From the NCBI GenBank assembly GCA_002633005.1, contig NMRA01000471.1, forward strand, positions 244,386-308,385: DNA of 64,000 nucleotides, read 5' to 3'. The position numbers and the translations under genes were made by a program. The notes under the pieces are model-generated. The model was given only the letters and a program-made list of their open reading frames with translations. It was not told the origin of the DNA and ran no database searches. Positions 1-33,900 of this stretch are shown one piece after another; positions within the stretch are counted from its first letter, which is position 1, and each line of letters starts with the position of its first letter. Origin of the DNA: Phoronis australis (Eukaryota; Animalia; Phoronida).

Positions 1-2852
1 GGATGCCTTTTTGGACAAATTTGACTACTGCTGCGCAACCGAGGACAATTTTATTTTTTTGTATTTACGATCTGCCTAGTCCCTTATAATTGTCCATCTT
101 GTGTTCTGCATTGTTTGTTGACAAGAAAAACTCATACTGGCCTGTAGTATGTGTTATCATTCCAAAAATAACTTGACCTTGGATGACCTTAGGTGCTTTT
201 TGGATGCCAATGCGGTTGCCTAGTGTGAACATTATTCATAAATGTCTGGCCCCTGCTCCTGTTGACCCACATACACAGGTTGCTCTTCTCTTGTAAGTTT
301 GTACAAGATTTTATGTTCTTTAAAGGTGGAATACAATAAGCAAAAAGACGGATATTATGCTGTGGTTGAATAATCAACTAGTGGTTAGCAGAAAATCTTT
401 ACAAATTTCTAGAAAGCCTTTTGATAAAAGAAATGGAGAAAACGCTGTTAGTTTGGAATCAAGAAAGTTAAAAATAGTAACACCCAGAACGGCCAGAAAT
501 ATGATCCAGAAAAGTTAAACACTTTGATAAGCTAGAAAACGTGATCCATAAAAGTTGGTTTTCTACATGCTATGATTGGTAAATAAGAGAAGTGCGCCTT
601 TACAAAAACTCAATGTGCTAAGAACCATACTTTTGGCCATCACTTGCAGAGGACAACACACTTGGCTGCATCAAAAGCATGCTATCACTAATCCCAGCAA
701 TAACTTGAAAATTATGCTGGTACTTCCCTTTTCTGCAAGTACACATTGTTATCATAGTTTAGGATCCATTTGTCCATACCAGTAATAATGTTTGCTGCCT
801 GCATAATTGTAGCAAACACATAGTTGAGCATTTGGACTGGTATCCTTTGGGTGGACTGGTATTCACTGGGTGGACTGGTATGCACTGAGTTGACTGGTAT
901 CTAATGGGTGGACTCCAGAAATTAATTGTCATGTTGAAATTCCCCACAAACTTGTTGCAACTCTTAAAAGGTTACTAAACCCTGTTTTGATGATGTCAAC
1001 CCATCCTCATTCTGTCTCCTGCTAATGCGTCATCATCGTTCCAAGTTAAAGGCAGGAATCAACTAACAACTTACTCTCTATGACACAGGTTGGACATTAT
1101 AGTACTGGGTAGGTGATCCTTTCATCACAGTAGCGGTGTATTTCCCTAAAAGTGTTTGTCACGCTTGCCATTTAGCAAACTTTGAGTTTTCAAATTTTCC
1201 TTCCAACTTTTGTGGGTTGTTGATGGTTGCAGAGGATATTTTGTTTTAGAGATTCTGAACTGTATGGGGAGAGTCGTCTGTAGTATCTGTTAATAGTCAC
1301 AACTGAGTGTCCAGCTTGTGATTATATGAACTACTTGTGCACTGTATACCAATACAGGGCCATTCACTGTGTAGGCTTATGTAGTAAAAGTGTGCAAATT
1401 TATGTATATGCAAATCACTTTGACATGACCTGCCCGCAATAGTGATTCATATAGGTATCCCAAAATGATGCAATTTCTCAACCAGGCAGTTTAACCTGCT
1501 CAATTGTTGCCATGTGTCATGCCATTGATGTGTGACTGATGACTATGTTACATTTTGGCATGTTAGTTATAATCTCTTAGTGGTACTACCATAGTTTTAG
1601 CCAATCTTAGTGCAACTATAGTCAGGTTTTGTTTCCAAGTCAATTCTTAAATTCACATTTTGCCCCTTAATTGCTAATTCCCAGCCTGCAAATGCTCAGT
1701 TGCATCTCTCTGTAACCAAGTGGTTTAGAATAAGATAGATGTTATCTGCAAGCCACATCAATGTATCTGTTAACTGTCCACTTACTGGTGACTATTAACA
1801 ACACAGTTCATAAACATTGACCAAGTGAATTACATCCCCTTTAGTATTGATTAGTTTTAGACTGTCTACTGGTTTCATACAAGGCCTGCAACTGTAGTCA
1901 TTTAAACACTGGGTCCAAACTGCTCTTGAAATCACATTAGGCATCTGACTGTGTTAATTTTTCTTAGTTCTGTCAAAACTAAATGTTGAAATGATTAACC
2001 TCATCTCCTTCTAAAGTTGATTGATTAATTGCTTCATTTGGACAGTTTTAATGAGTCTGGCCTTGGTCAGTTTGTACTGGTGGAGTTTGTGGTGTTTATT
2101 TAGAATATTTGTGCATTATTTGTGGTGAAATCTAGCAGGAACCTTTACATACTTGTTGTGTGGCGGTGCCGCCAACTTTATTTTCATTGTCTTAGGTTAT
2201 GGTAAGTTTTCTCTAATTTAACACACAATATAGGTTAAAAGCAAAATTTTAGTTTATCAAATTTTTCCTCAGACCTAAAGATAAGGCTTTGGTTTATCAT
2301 TATAGTATGGGTTGTACTGTGTCATAAAACAACAGTTGGTAATGTTCCCATTATTTGCAACAAGATAATCAGGCTTTGAAAATGGGAAATGCCAATTTTG
2401 GTTATAATGTTTGTCCAAGATAATTCCATAATTTCCGTGATTCACACCAATAGGATATCTGTGTTGGGTTTGTAATGGATTCCACAGGTGCAGAAAATTT
2501 AGGCAAAAATGATCAAACCAGAAAAGAGAGATAACATTAAGTTTTGTTTAAAGTTAACTTTAGTTGTAAGATATCAGCTCTGTCACCAATCTTTTCACGT
2601 CACATGCGTGGAATGTGTTTGAGGTTATGAGACTGCTGAAACTTCCTTTTTACACTGGTGGGAAATGCCATAATATTTGACTATGTACAACATGGTAGTG
2701 TTGTAATGTACCAATAGTCCAAATTGGAAAAATCCAAATGACTTATTTTACTAAGCTGAATTGACCAACACAGTTAGAGTAGTATCATGAAAATGATCAC
2801 ATTCTTGGCTTGAAGCAAGATGACTGAGCAAGATGGCGATCGGAGAGAGCTG

Positions 2853-3089
2853 GGATTTGCTTCAAGAAACCAGCTTGAGTCATTTTTGACTTAAGTCTAA
2901 ATTTTGTCTCAACTTTCAAACTTCCACATCCAGTATTTGTTAGTCAGAATTAAGACAAAACTTTTGCCAAAAACTTAAGTCAAACTTAAGATCATTTTTG
3001 TGAAACGGACCTGAGACAATCTTAAGTTTTGTTTTAAAATTGACTACAGCTTATCATCTTAGCTTAGTTGATTTTCTTGGAATGGGTCC
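2853..3089. mobile_element. degenerate MITE, same family as 27394-27620 (Harbinger/PIF-like)
   Basis: Ends ggatttgcttcaagaaa ... tttcttggaatgggtcc. Shares internal blocks (ttaagtcta, aaacttccacat, aaaacttaagtcaaa) with the 27.4 kb copy. Confidence 0.6.
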
Positions 3090-5289
3090 TTGGTCTCTAC
3101 AGTTGTCAGTAGTCTGCAGTTCAATAAAATGCAGAGAGTTTTGCATTTGTTAGCAAGTTCATGTTCAACACTAAGCTGCTGCGTAACTGGTACCAACCCC
3201 ATTACACAGGGGAGTCCTCAGTGGTCCTGGCGTGGTGAAGTTTTTACTGGCACACGATTTACTCCAGGCATGGCATCAAATATTTCGTGATGAGTTATTT
3301 TTGTATGACTGCAAAAAGTCCTGGTGGATGTTGGAATATAAAGTGAAAATGTTTGGACGTTCCCTAGTGAGCAAGCAAGGCTGTGATTTTGTACACTGAA
3401 ACTGCAATGCAGGATGCATTGTGGGAGTTATGAGTCAGACGCAGTTTTCTACAGCCTAAGTGGATTAGTCATTTGATTGTTTTTGCTGAATAGATCTGTC
3501 TGTAGTAAACAGATTTTTAATTCATATTATGTGTTTTAAAAAAGCTGCTAGTCTGGACTGGAATGTATTGGAAACCAGCTTCAGGCATCATTGTTTAGAT
3601 TTACTTTATTTGCCTGTAAAAATAGAATGTCCTGTTTGTGTGTTGAGGTTATTCAAACAGTTCCAAAAAGTGTTCAGTTGCCGAACCATTCTATTGATAT
3701 CTACCGTTAATAACCCGGTAGTTGTCTAGGGTAGCAGATATGAAGCAATCAACACCATGTGTGTATTAGCTTAGCTTGTGCTTATACAAAGCAAATTTTA
3801 TGAAGTTAGGGGTCTGCATCTTTTGCAGGTTGATTTGAGTTGAGCCTCAGACTGTTTACATCAATTGGTGTCAGTTACTTTTCATGTAGGAGTGTCTGAT
3901 AAGGCTCTGTTGGTTATAGCTACCTTAGGCAAATTGTTGGTTTTGAGACCTGCCTTGCTAGATTGGTGTTTCCATGGTAATGACTATCATCCTGAAAAGT
4001 GGCACTGGGCATTAAGCCTTATTAGTGACGATCCTGGAAGCTCTTTGGTCGGCAATTGTTTTTAACGTATATTGTGCACTACATGCGCCTCAATTTAGAT
4101 GGTGCTCCACCATGCTGTTTACATCTTTCACATTTATCAGGCAATGTTCAGGTTTTTCAGAGGATTACTCAAAATTCTGCACTCTTTTATTTGCAAGTGG
4201 TGGCATATTAAATACAAATTTCGTATAGATTTTTTACCAAAAGGACCACACACATTAATTATATAAATTGTTGTAAATAAAGTGAAAATTCTAGCTTTTT
4301 CTAGAAATATGTACTACAGAAATTGATATCTGGAAAGTAGGAATTCACAGTTGTTGACTCACTCGAGGCTAGAGATACCTTAACCATGTGAGTGCAGTTT
4401 CTATCAGGAAATAATTTTCTCTAACCGAGATGTTTGTTTAACTCTTGAAAGACTGCATGCGAGTTTATGAGTTCAGTAGAGACAGCTTGATGCCTGATTC
4501 AATATAAGAATGTGGTCTACTGATTGACTGCTTTTGTAAAAAATATTTTCCACAGGTGAATAATTTGAAACCCTGACATATGCAATATTTGGGCAATTAG
4601 ACACAGTAACTATTTAAAATCACACCAAAATAATGAATTTTCACTTAAATCAATATTGAAAAGCTATACACAAATATTTGGTTGACAAAATGTGAATCCA
4701 TGTGAATTGAGTTTGTGATATATAATTTGTATCTATGTTCAATTTCCTTGAATGCAAAGTGCTGATTTGGCAGAAATGCTGAAGTTTGGTCTATTCAAGG
4801 TTAGGAGAGCTTGAAATGTATCCAAAACCTCCATTTGACAGGATACCTGAGATGACTAAATTACCCGCATGAGTTGACCGTACCTTTCTTTTGACCATTC
4901 CATAGGGAATTTCCCCTCAGTAGGTGTCCGTTGTAATGACCAACGTCAAAAATTGATGTAAATTATTAATTGTCATAGCAACAGTGTGCAACTGTAAAAC
5001 AACTGCATTATTGGTACATTGATGCAAAAGCTAGAAACCCTGATCTCTCGTAACACCATTATAGGTGCCCATTAGCTTTCTTACTAATTCTTTTCCAGCA
5101 AGTGATGTTAGTTATCTCTAGTCCTCACAATTAAACTCTAAATGGTTTACTCTATTGGAGACCTGTGTGGCATATTGCCACATTGAGTGATCACTGCCAT
5201 CAGAGTGGATTGACTTGTTGCAATTGCAGGAGAGTTGTACTACTCGGTTCAATTGGTCTGTTTTAAGAGTAGTTTTGGTGTCTGTTTAA

Positions 5290-6948
5290 AGGACAATTCC
5301 ACCCGATTTAATTAGTCTTTTTTACCATCATAATCAATCCATATCCACATCGCCTCTTATACGGTTGACCTCACCTTGCCGAGAGGTGTCACGTTAACCT
5401 GTGAGGAAGGTGAGAAACGACGCAGCGACGTCAGTGGTTCATCTGCAGAGTAAATGCCGCTATATTGCAGTGCATCGTTCTTGCTTGTCCGAACTATAAA
5501 GCTGCGAAGAAAGTGGGTTTATCGTTTTTTCGACTTGAGAGCCCAGAATGCTTAGGAAGTGGTTCGCGGCAGTGAAGAATGAAAAAAACGTTAATAGCAA
5601 GTATGAGGTCGTCAAACATCTCCGTGTCTGTGGCCGGCATTTCGTTGACAGTGATTTCTCTGACGAATTCCGGCGTACCAAAGAAGTATCCATACGTTCC
5701 ATTGCCTCTGCATGTTCACGGTGCCTCTCTAGTATTTCTTGATCACTGTATTCCGGTTCGAACGGATTGCCTGTGAAACCTAACGATCCAACGTGTGAAG
5801 TCTTCCGTCGGATGAGTTCTCGATTGTCGCCGGGCGAGTTGCCATGTAGACGTGTACTTCTCTGCGTTCTGTTTCAAAATGAATTATTCTCACCCTAACC
5901 AATGCTTATATAAAACTGAAACAAAGTGTGTCTGATTAGATACAATTTGTAGTGCCTTTGGAGTATTCGTGAGTGCAAATGTTTTGAGAAGCCAGCAATG
6001 GATAAACCACTGCGTTACCGGCTTTTGATGCCGCAACAAAGGTAATTGACAGGGCACCAAGGCTGTGTGAGCGCATGCTAATTCAGTGTTTGCTGACAGA
6101 AAGCTGTTGTGAAACAATAACTTGATTTTATATGCTATGGTCACATATATATTAGGGTAATCTTTATTTAGATGTACAAATACATTATTCAAATCATTGC
6201 TACTGTACAACCTTTGCGACCCTGACGTCCGGTTCTGTCAGGGGAACCTGAATTTGCGACCCCCGACAAGTAAATAGATTTTCAGTTTCGTGGCGAATTC
6301 ACATAAATAATTACATGCTCATATTTCTTTGGCTCACTATTATTGTCTTTTCGTGACTGGAGGTTTAGTTTCCATCTTAAGCTGGTTTGTCCAGTCCCGG
6401 CGGCCGCGACGGGTCTGATCTGGTTCCGAGTCACTGGTGGGAAGTAACAAGCCGCAAGCGTTTTGTGTGTTTAGAACTGAAAAAATCGTAAGTCTAAAAG
6501 TGTAACACACAGCTATGTTCCCCCGTCTGTATTTCATGGAAGAATGATTCGAATTTATCACCAATTAGATCCATACTCCCGCGATCTGTAAATTGGTCTA
6601 CAAAACTCTCATGCAGGCTGTGGTACGTTCAAATACCTATAAATTCGTAACAGTGAAATAAAACAACACATTTGTTCAAGAACTCCATGTAGTTGTAAGG
6701 GGTTTACATCAAATTTTGATGATTTATTGGTGTAAAACGATAAATTCAAGCGATACGGTTTTTTACACCAGTGAGGTTGTTGTGAGCGGCTGAACAGACT
6801 GCTTTCGAACCGACTACGTCATTGGTTAATTTCAACACCTCCGTCTGCTGTTAGGTGTCGGGTAAAACAACTGAACTTGCTGTTATTGAGTGGAACTACT
6901 CGATCTAAATTGATACAAAATATGTTGTTTTTTGGGTAGCATTCTTCT
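5290..6948. mobile_element. decayed Kolobok-like DNA transposon carrying a THAP remnant
   Basis: TTAA|aggacaattccaccc ... gggtagcattcttct|TTAA, an imperfect TIR. Raised CpG content and a THAP remnant inside. The right boundary is less certain. Confidence 0.55.
5454..5665 (+). pseudogene. frameshifted THAP zinc-finger domain
   Basis: MPLYCSA / CPNYKAAKKVGLSFFRL / LRKWFAAVK...HLRVCGRHFVDSDF gives the C-C-W-CxxHF THAP signature across frames. Confidence 0.8.
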
Positions 6949-7407
6949 TTAAATTCAGAAGCTATGCTTTCCCACTGACAGAAACACCTTAAAACAGTGG
7001 AGTTGCTGTATTCAGGGGAAAATGACATGAGATGGTGCTGGTGTTTGAGAGTGGGACTAAGTTTGATATGTATAGTGGCCATCAACCTTTTTAAAAATTT
7101 GTTTTACCCTTGTTCCAATCTACAAAGCATTTCAAGTCAAAGTGCTTCTTTAAATCTGTATTTGACAAGTAGCGTCCCTGTATCATCCTGTTCCCAAGTG
7201 TCGTCTCATTCTTTTTTTGTATTATTGATTTTGACGTGAAGTCTTATAATTACTTTCGTGATTTCTGAGATTGTTAATAATGTTAATTGTTCCCATGCTC
7301 GCCCTCAGAGCTTGTTAATCTCTTGTAAAGGAGACAGTGCGTTCAAGTTTGATATGTTTATTTTTGTCTTTGATGATATTAGTAATGGCCAACTCTCTGT
7401 GTTACAG

Positions 7408-26724
<19,317 letters not shown>

Positions 26725-27393
26725 TTGTACATTAGGGTCGTCATGCTGCTATTTGGTTCATTTACAGGGCTTTCTCGCTAAAGTAAAAGTTCTCTAGTTT
26801 GGGACGGTCTCTAAAATTTAGGACATTGAAATTCATACGTTGATTGAATGTTCTCAATTTCAAAGATTGGAACATGGTGTCTTCGCTCTTCATCATATTT
26901 CTCAACATGGAACACTGCATTTTGTATGAAAAGAGTCTTAAAAATAGACTTGGCAGTTGACAAAATCCTTGTCAATGGCCATGGACGTTACATGCATCCA
27001 ATAGTGTGTAACATTGAGGTGAACTATTTCTTGCCGTGATCGTAGTACTTGAATTTGGGATAACCAATATTGCCTTTTCTAAAATTTGACACAAGCTCTG
27101 ACCTTGAACAAAATGATTAATTTTCCACCGGCCCAAACTGGAATTTTTATCGTACTTTTCAACCAAAAGTATAGATATGTTCAGTGTACATAAAGTGTAC
27201 ATTCCTTGCAATAAGGAAGGTCGGTAATACTTTCCAGGAAATGAATATAAGGTATAACTTTAAGGGTACAAATTCCTGGAAACGCTAGAGCAGGAAAAGT
27301 CTATCGATGTTAGTTATCAGGCATCCATCTCACAAAAACTTGTATGTCTTTGCTTAAGTTTGTGTGTCCATCACCAGCCAGTGTGTAGACCTG

Positions 27394-27620
27394 GGGCGCG
27401 TTCAAAGAAACTGACTAAAGCTCATTGTTGAGTTAAGTCTATAATTTTCCCCAACTTAGAGACTTTGAAACTTCCACATTCGGTAAGACTGTCAAACTTA
27501 AAACAAAACTTAAGTCAAAGACACTTAGGATCACTTTCTTGAAATGGACGGAACTTTTATCATAATATTGACTGAAATTTAAGATTTGTCTTAGCTAAGT
27601 CAGTTTTCTTGAAATGGCCC
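27394..27620. mobile_element. Harbinger/PIF-like MITE in the putative FAM135 3'UTR
   Basis: CTG|gggcgcgttcaaagaaactgact ... agtcagttttcttgaaatggccc|CTG. Confidence 0.7.
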
Positions 27621-27894
27621 CTGGTACTTACTATAGTTGATAGGTTCAGCTTAATCACCAGTTGTGGAAATATTTCGTCCACTGTGCCCCACCCTCGGCC
27701 ACCTCACAAATTCCCAACTCATGAGAATCATACATCCACAAATTTGATTTTTAATTAATTAATGGGTTCAACTTTTATATATCACTGTTCCTTGAATGTT
27801 GAGCTTTGGGAGTAATGTACCTCTCTAACTTTTCGTTTCAGTTTGTTGTACATTAATTTGACTGAAACTGAATCTCTGTTTCTCTAGTTTTCTG

Positions 27895-27900
27895 AATAAA
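27895..27900 (+). terminator. candidate polyadenylation signal (AATAAA) for FAM135
   Basis: AATAAA about 1.2 kb after the stop, followed by GT/T-rich sequence; usage not verifiable. Confidence 0.35.
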
Positions 27901-30879
27901 TTTGTGGAATTTTGCCTAAGTTGCGGTGCAACTGTTAAGAAATTAACCATTTCTGTGATTGTGTACCTCTGCTTCGTAGACGGGGCATAACTCTGTGAAT
28001 ATAATTTACGTTTTTAAAAAGTGCTTTCATTTGTTTTTAACGAGCTGTCTTGTCTCTCTGCTGTCTTTATCTGTGTTAACATGTATTACCATGCTGTGCC
28101 ATATGGTTCAATAGGAAACATATCAAATGTCTGTATGTATTGGAATTGAGCAATGGCACATTACCAAAGGGATGAATCGTGCAAGCTCTACTAATTGTGA
28201 TTATATCTATGGGTTTTGGGTTGACTGGGCGGCCAATGCTAACAGTGTGATACAGATTAGAATATATATATTTGATTGTAAGCTGTAAAATTCTTAATTT
28301 TTGCCACGCACGTTTTAACCACATGTGATAAAAAAAGTATTTTGTTGTACAAATATTTTACTGATGCTGATGAGTGTATAATGTGTTTTAGAATATTGAT
28401 TTGTCAAGTACTTATATTGAAACAAATATACTGTGGACATTTCAGCTTGTTATTGAATTATATTCAACATTCGTCATATTGCGTTCATACTAAGCAGTTT
28501 GTCGAATCACAGGATGAAAAACATGGACAACCAACTCTACTGTCTTAATACACGAGATCTGCAGTGTTGCATGTTTAGAAAACATCACTACAGAGGTGAT
28601 GCCCAATGGATGTTTCCATTAAGCTGCCAATGTACACATACCCCCTCACCTCTCTGCAACAACTGGTAAATAATAACACATAAGGTGCTCTCAACTACCA
28701 ATGAGACTTTAACTTGAAGTCCCCAGTTCTGTAAAGGAAAATAACCCGTCCATTTTGGTGACTAAATTTGTTTCTGCATGGACATTCTTTTATGTGGAAA
28801 CCACCTCAAAAGTGAAATCTGTACCATGCATAATGTGTCATCCATAATATTGCACTATTATTGGACACTGTCAAAACATGGAAAAGTATGAAATTGAGAA
28901 TCACTCGGACTAGCTGGGATGTTTTGAAACTTATACATTTAGTATAAATTCAAGAAGAGATGGGACGTGTGAATGTTTTTTATCCTTTCTTTCCTATACA
29001 GTGTACCACTGTTAATTTCTGTTTCCTTGGATAAACTTAAAAACAATGTGTCATCAAGACCTTTGGCCAAGTACATTTCAAACCACAAGTGGCAATGACA
29101 TTTACCTCCAATACCTGAGCTCTCTCTGCGCCCAAACACCAACTCTGATAAATGATAACCAACTACTATTCCAATCAACCTTGTATTGCAGTAATTCAAA
29201 GTTTACACACGTCACAAACTGTCAGCAAGCACGCAAAGCTGAGAAATACAGACACTTGTTACATCGACTGAAAATATTAGAAACTCGACTTGTAAAGTAC
29301 CCCCACACTGGTATCAATCTAAACTAGGAATCCTTAAATATCGATAGCAACACTAAGTCTAAATACTAAAAACACTTGGAAATAAATAGACACGGTCCTT
29401 TCCTCACCAAAAATGGACCATCTTTTACCTAACGAAGAACGCCCTCTGACCGGTAAACCAGAATGCATCGCTCTACACCATTTTTAATGCACCACCATCC
29501 AACAGAGGGCTGCTTTCTGCCTGCGAGACACAGCTTATAGTCAACTAACCTGTATTTTTACAAAGAGACGACACAAAGAATGGAGCATATCAATAATTCA
29601 TTTATCTTACATATTCCATGTTGACGGCACACACAAAGTAGATTATTGAGAAAAGCCATAGCACTTAACAGATACGACCTACAATTAACCCCCCTCTTAT
29701 TCTTCTGCTTTATAACGCAGGCTTACTGAAATATTAGTTATTCTCACAAAGTTCCACCGCAATTCAAGACGCAAAACAACGGTGCCAAAATAAACGTTGA
29801 TTCACCAACGAAAACACGTACAGATCAAACAACCCGCGTCACTGCAATCAATGCTGGAAGGGTGAATCATCGTCAACACCATTATCGAGCAGTGTCAATG
29901 TTGACCTAGTCTGGCATCTCTTCCCACAGTCCTGTTAGCCTACACTCTTCAACAACACACGGTTATACCTGGGGCTAATTACAAAGTAGACAAAAAGCAC
30001 AGCAAATATACAAGTGTTTAAATCGTTCGTCTGTTAAAGACGCGCGTTTACAAATCTTAGTATTCTCAGTTGAAAACAAAAAATTGCTACATGGAACAAA
30101 TCAATTCCTCTTGAGTGCCAAAAACCAACTGAAGTCAAAATGTTTCTTATCAGTTCCTATTTGTCACACAATCATTTTCATCTCTATGCTATCATAATGA
30201 CAACTGGAGCCTATTAGGAAACACGACAAGGTTAGAAATGCACTTCAGTAGACTGCATCTACTTCTAGACATAGTGTACTTACTCAACATTCACTGCAGA
30301 CATTGTTGAGCAGGGGAGACGATCCTTTGTCTACACATGGAGTGCACCATATAACAGTCGCAAAACATGTGAACTATGACACACAGCTGTATGAAGCCCC
30401 GCCCACATACCCACTGAGTGACAACCAACATCATATAAACACTTAATAAAAGATAACTAAATTGTACACTGCTTTTAAAACAAGATAGGAATTAGATCTT
30501 TGGCAGTTTTTTACATCAACAACAAAAACCATACAAAAATAAAAATAAAAAAGAAAACTTTGGCAAAAATTTTTTTGACTCGAAGAACTTAGAGATTGTA
30601 GTTGATACAGTAACAAAAATGAGCTCAACTCAAACAAAAAAGGTTAGTACAGTGATATGGTCATAGATGGCACACTGAACATTGACACTTGAGAATTCTA
30701 CAAATAGTAAATCGTGGAAATTTCTTCTTACTAACAGCAATTACATGGATCAGATCTGATAAATTAATCTGTGGAGATTCTAGCAGTATCCAACATGAAC
30801 AGATTTGGCAGAATTCAGTCACGGAGTCATATGAATGTAGAATATCAATGTTGGTCATTCTTATGTAATCATTCCCGTA

Positions 30880-30930
30880 TTAGGAGTCCCCAGCTGGCTT
30901 GTTGGCACGGACTTCTTCAATACGTCGCTC
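30880..30930 (-). CDS. STMN: stathmin last coding exon (ERRIEEVRANKPAGDS*)
   Basis: ttttccag| acceptor on the - strand; TAA at 30882-30880. Confidence 0.88.
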   Translation of the reverse strand, partial: ERRIEEVRANKPAGDS

Positions 30931-33900
30931 CTGGAAAACGAAAGTAATCATCTATATCGAAGAAGTATTTTCATATTTCATAAGGACATTTCACGCCCTA
31001 CTGTTTTGCAGCAACACAAGTTTGACCTAATTATTGTGAGAGAATTACTAGCCCATGAAAATAACCATGTTGTCACATCACATGAACAAGTAATTATCAA
31101 ATGAACCTGAAAAGATTGCTACCTCTCCTCTCACATTACCCTGTTTTAACCCTCCCTTCTCCCCAATCAATAATGCCTTCAGAACCTCCTTCATCTCCTT
31201 ATATCTCAACCTACTGACCCTTCTTCCTCCAACAACCAGTCTTTAAACCCTCTTTTCTACACCCTCTCCCAACAAACGCACAAACTTATGTGCCACTAAC
31301 AAACCGCTTCCTCCTATAACTCCACCTCCAGACCCTCCCAGCTCCTACATCCCACAAACAGATCCCCTCACTCTATAACCCCGCCTCCGCACCCTCTCCC
31401 TTCTTAGACCTCACTCATAGATCTGTTCCTGCCAGAACTCCACCTCCAGACCTCCCACATCCTGTAGACAGGAACCTTCCTGCCCTTACAACCCCAACTC
31501 AAGACCCTCCCACCTCCTACATCCTCAAAACACATACTCTACCCCTATCCTATAACCCCACCTCCAGACCTCCCACATCCTGTAGACAGGAACCCTCCTG
31601 CCCTTACAACCCCAACTCAAGACCCTCCCACNNNNNNNNNNNNNNNNNNNNNNNNNTTTTTTAAATGATAGTTTTAAGTGTAGAATGTATTTTTGACGAG
31701 GTGAAAACTCGAAATCGGTAATCCAAATCCGGTCACGACCCGTTTAAAATACACTGAAGTAACGAAATGAGTACAGAAAGCGAATGGAAGTATTGTAGCC
31801 CCTATATGGCCAACCGAGGGGCTACGTGTTGCCTACTAGATGGCTCCGCGTTGGTTTGAATGCGCTAAATCTCCCCTTACTCCCAGCTCTCCTAATGTTG
31901 TCTATCCATTTTTCACGAAGTTCTTGGTTTGCAGGGAACACATAAAAACTCGGATTTTTATCTCTCTTGTTGTTTTTGAAGCAGCCAGGAACACAACAAG
32001 TGTATCCGCCGTAAGTTTTCTTCGCGCTCATACCGCGCATTATGCTTGATACTATGGCCGCCTTCGGAATCCTGACCACAGCACCCACAATGCACCATTT
32101 TAACCTAATTTCAATATGGCGTCGCTGCAAATCCGCTATTAGGACGAATGTTATTATTTATAAAATAATTTTGGCTAAACTGACATAGTACATTACAATA
32201 AGAAATCAGTTCCAAGAAATATGCTATTTCACTTGCTGTGAGCACATGGACTGGTCTTCCACCTTTGCCCCCTTTTTCTTCGTTTCAAATTAGTCCACAA
32301 ATTCCTTTGTCCATGACCACACACTGTGATATTTTGTCTAGACGAGTCGCGTAACGGGTGACATCTACTGAATCGGTAGGATCGCACTGCGCCGATGTTT
32401 TTTACTGCCGGAGCATCGACACGTCGTCCAAACAGAACCATAAATTCATGATAAAAACAGCACAAGGAGGAGAAATTTATTCATGTTCATCTGGGAAACC
32501 ATGTAGTGCTTTTGCACTCTGAAAATTCGCTCACCACCTGGGCGACCGGCAAGTCAACCTTTACTCACCCAGCATCATTTTTACTCGCACTGGCAACTGG
32601 CCGAGTAGCTAAGTACATCCCTGCTCTTCCAATCGTAAAACGTACTGGGTGTTAACTGTGACACTCATATTCTCAACAAGAGTACCCAGTCACACAACAT
32701 GGGTCTTTCAATCATATTTCCCCAGCATTACCACTCAGTCAGTATGTAACCATGACAACCCACTCACATGTTCCTCTAGTTTCTCCATCAAACTCTTGAG
32801 TTGACTCTTCCTAGATGCCTCGGCATTCACCAACTTCTGCTCAATGCGCACACGCAGTTCATCGATATACTTCTCATTGGCCAGTTGAATCTGTCTCACT
32901 CGTTCAGCCTAGCAACACAGTTTGTTAAGAGTTTACAAATTCAGGACAACACTGTATATATATACATTACGAGTACAGCGCCACCTACATAATGAATTAG
33001 GCACTTATGCCTCATCGTGAAACACTTGAGCAAAACTGAGGAGCAAATTTCAAAATCTTGGCTTATCATTAATAAAATGGTAGATGAATTTACATGCATT
33101 GAATTCAACTCTAAAAAGGTAAAACAAATATATCAAGAATGGACAAAAAGACTAATAGCAGCCATATTAAGAAATGCAAAAATGCAAGCGTAGCAGACTA
33201 CACCTGTAAGTGAAAACTGATAAATACACTTGTACCAAACACTTGGGCAACAAAAATTTCCTTTGATAACAAAAATTTCCTTTGATAACAAAAATTTCCT
33301 TTGATAACAAAAATTTCCTTTGATAACAAACATTTCCTTTTATAAAACATTACTTCAAATACAGGCACAAGGACCTCAATGTGCACATATCCGGTATGCT
33401 TACCAAGTTAAACTGTAAGTGCTAACGTACCTACCACTGTGAATAGCTGCAGACGATGCATTGATGGAATGTCACTGCAGACGCATTAACCATTTCATTA
33501 AAATCAGATCAAATTCTACTGGAAATCAGGATTATTCTTCAGTTCTTCTCTTACATGAATACAATAGCATTGCTACACCGGTAGAATCAACATGAATGCC
33601 CCCAGCTAGCAGTGGGCTTCCGTTTCAAGTCCACAAATAACACAGACCTCCACTGTTCGTAGCTATACATCTACATAATTATCCAGTTCTGACTCGACCC
33701 TTACATGAGCCTTCAACCTGTTGACCTGCGCCGCCAGGTTGGCGAGACGTTTCTTTTCCTTCTCGTCCTGATCCTTGGCAGCTTTCTCCGCCGTCTCTTT
33801 CCTGAATTTCTCCTCATCGGCCGACGCCCTCTGCTTTGCCAGCTCCATACGTTCTCGGTCAGTGTAGGTGAACTCTAACCTCTGAGCTTTGTTGTCCTAA

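Noticed and set aside
1-7407. First coding exon of FAM135 (expected ...FYNVDLFQRG)
   Set aside because: Not found by eye; probably upstream of the window.
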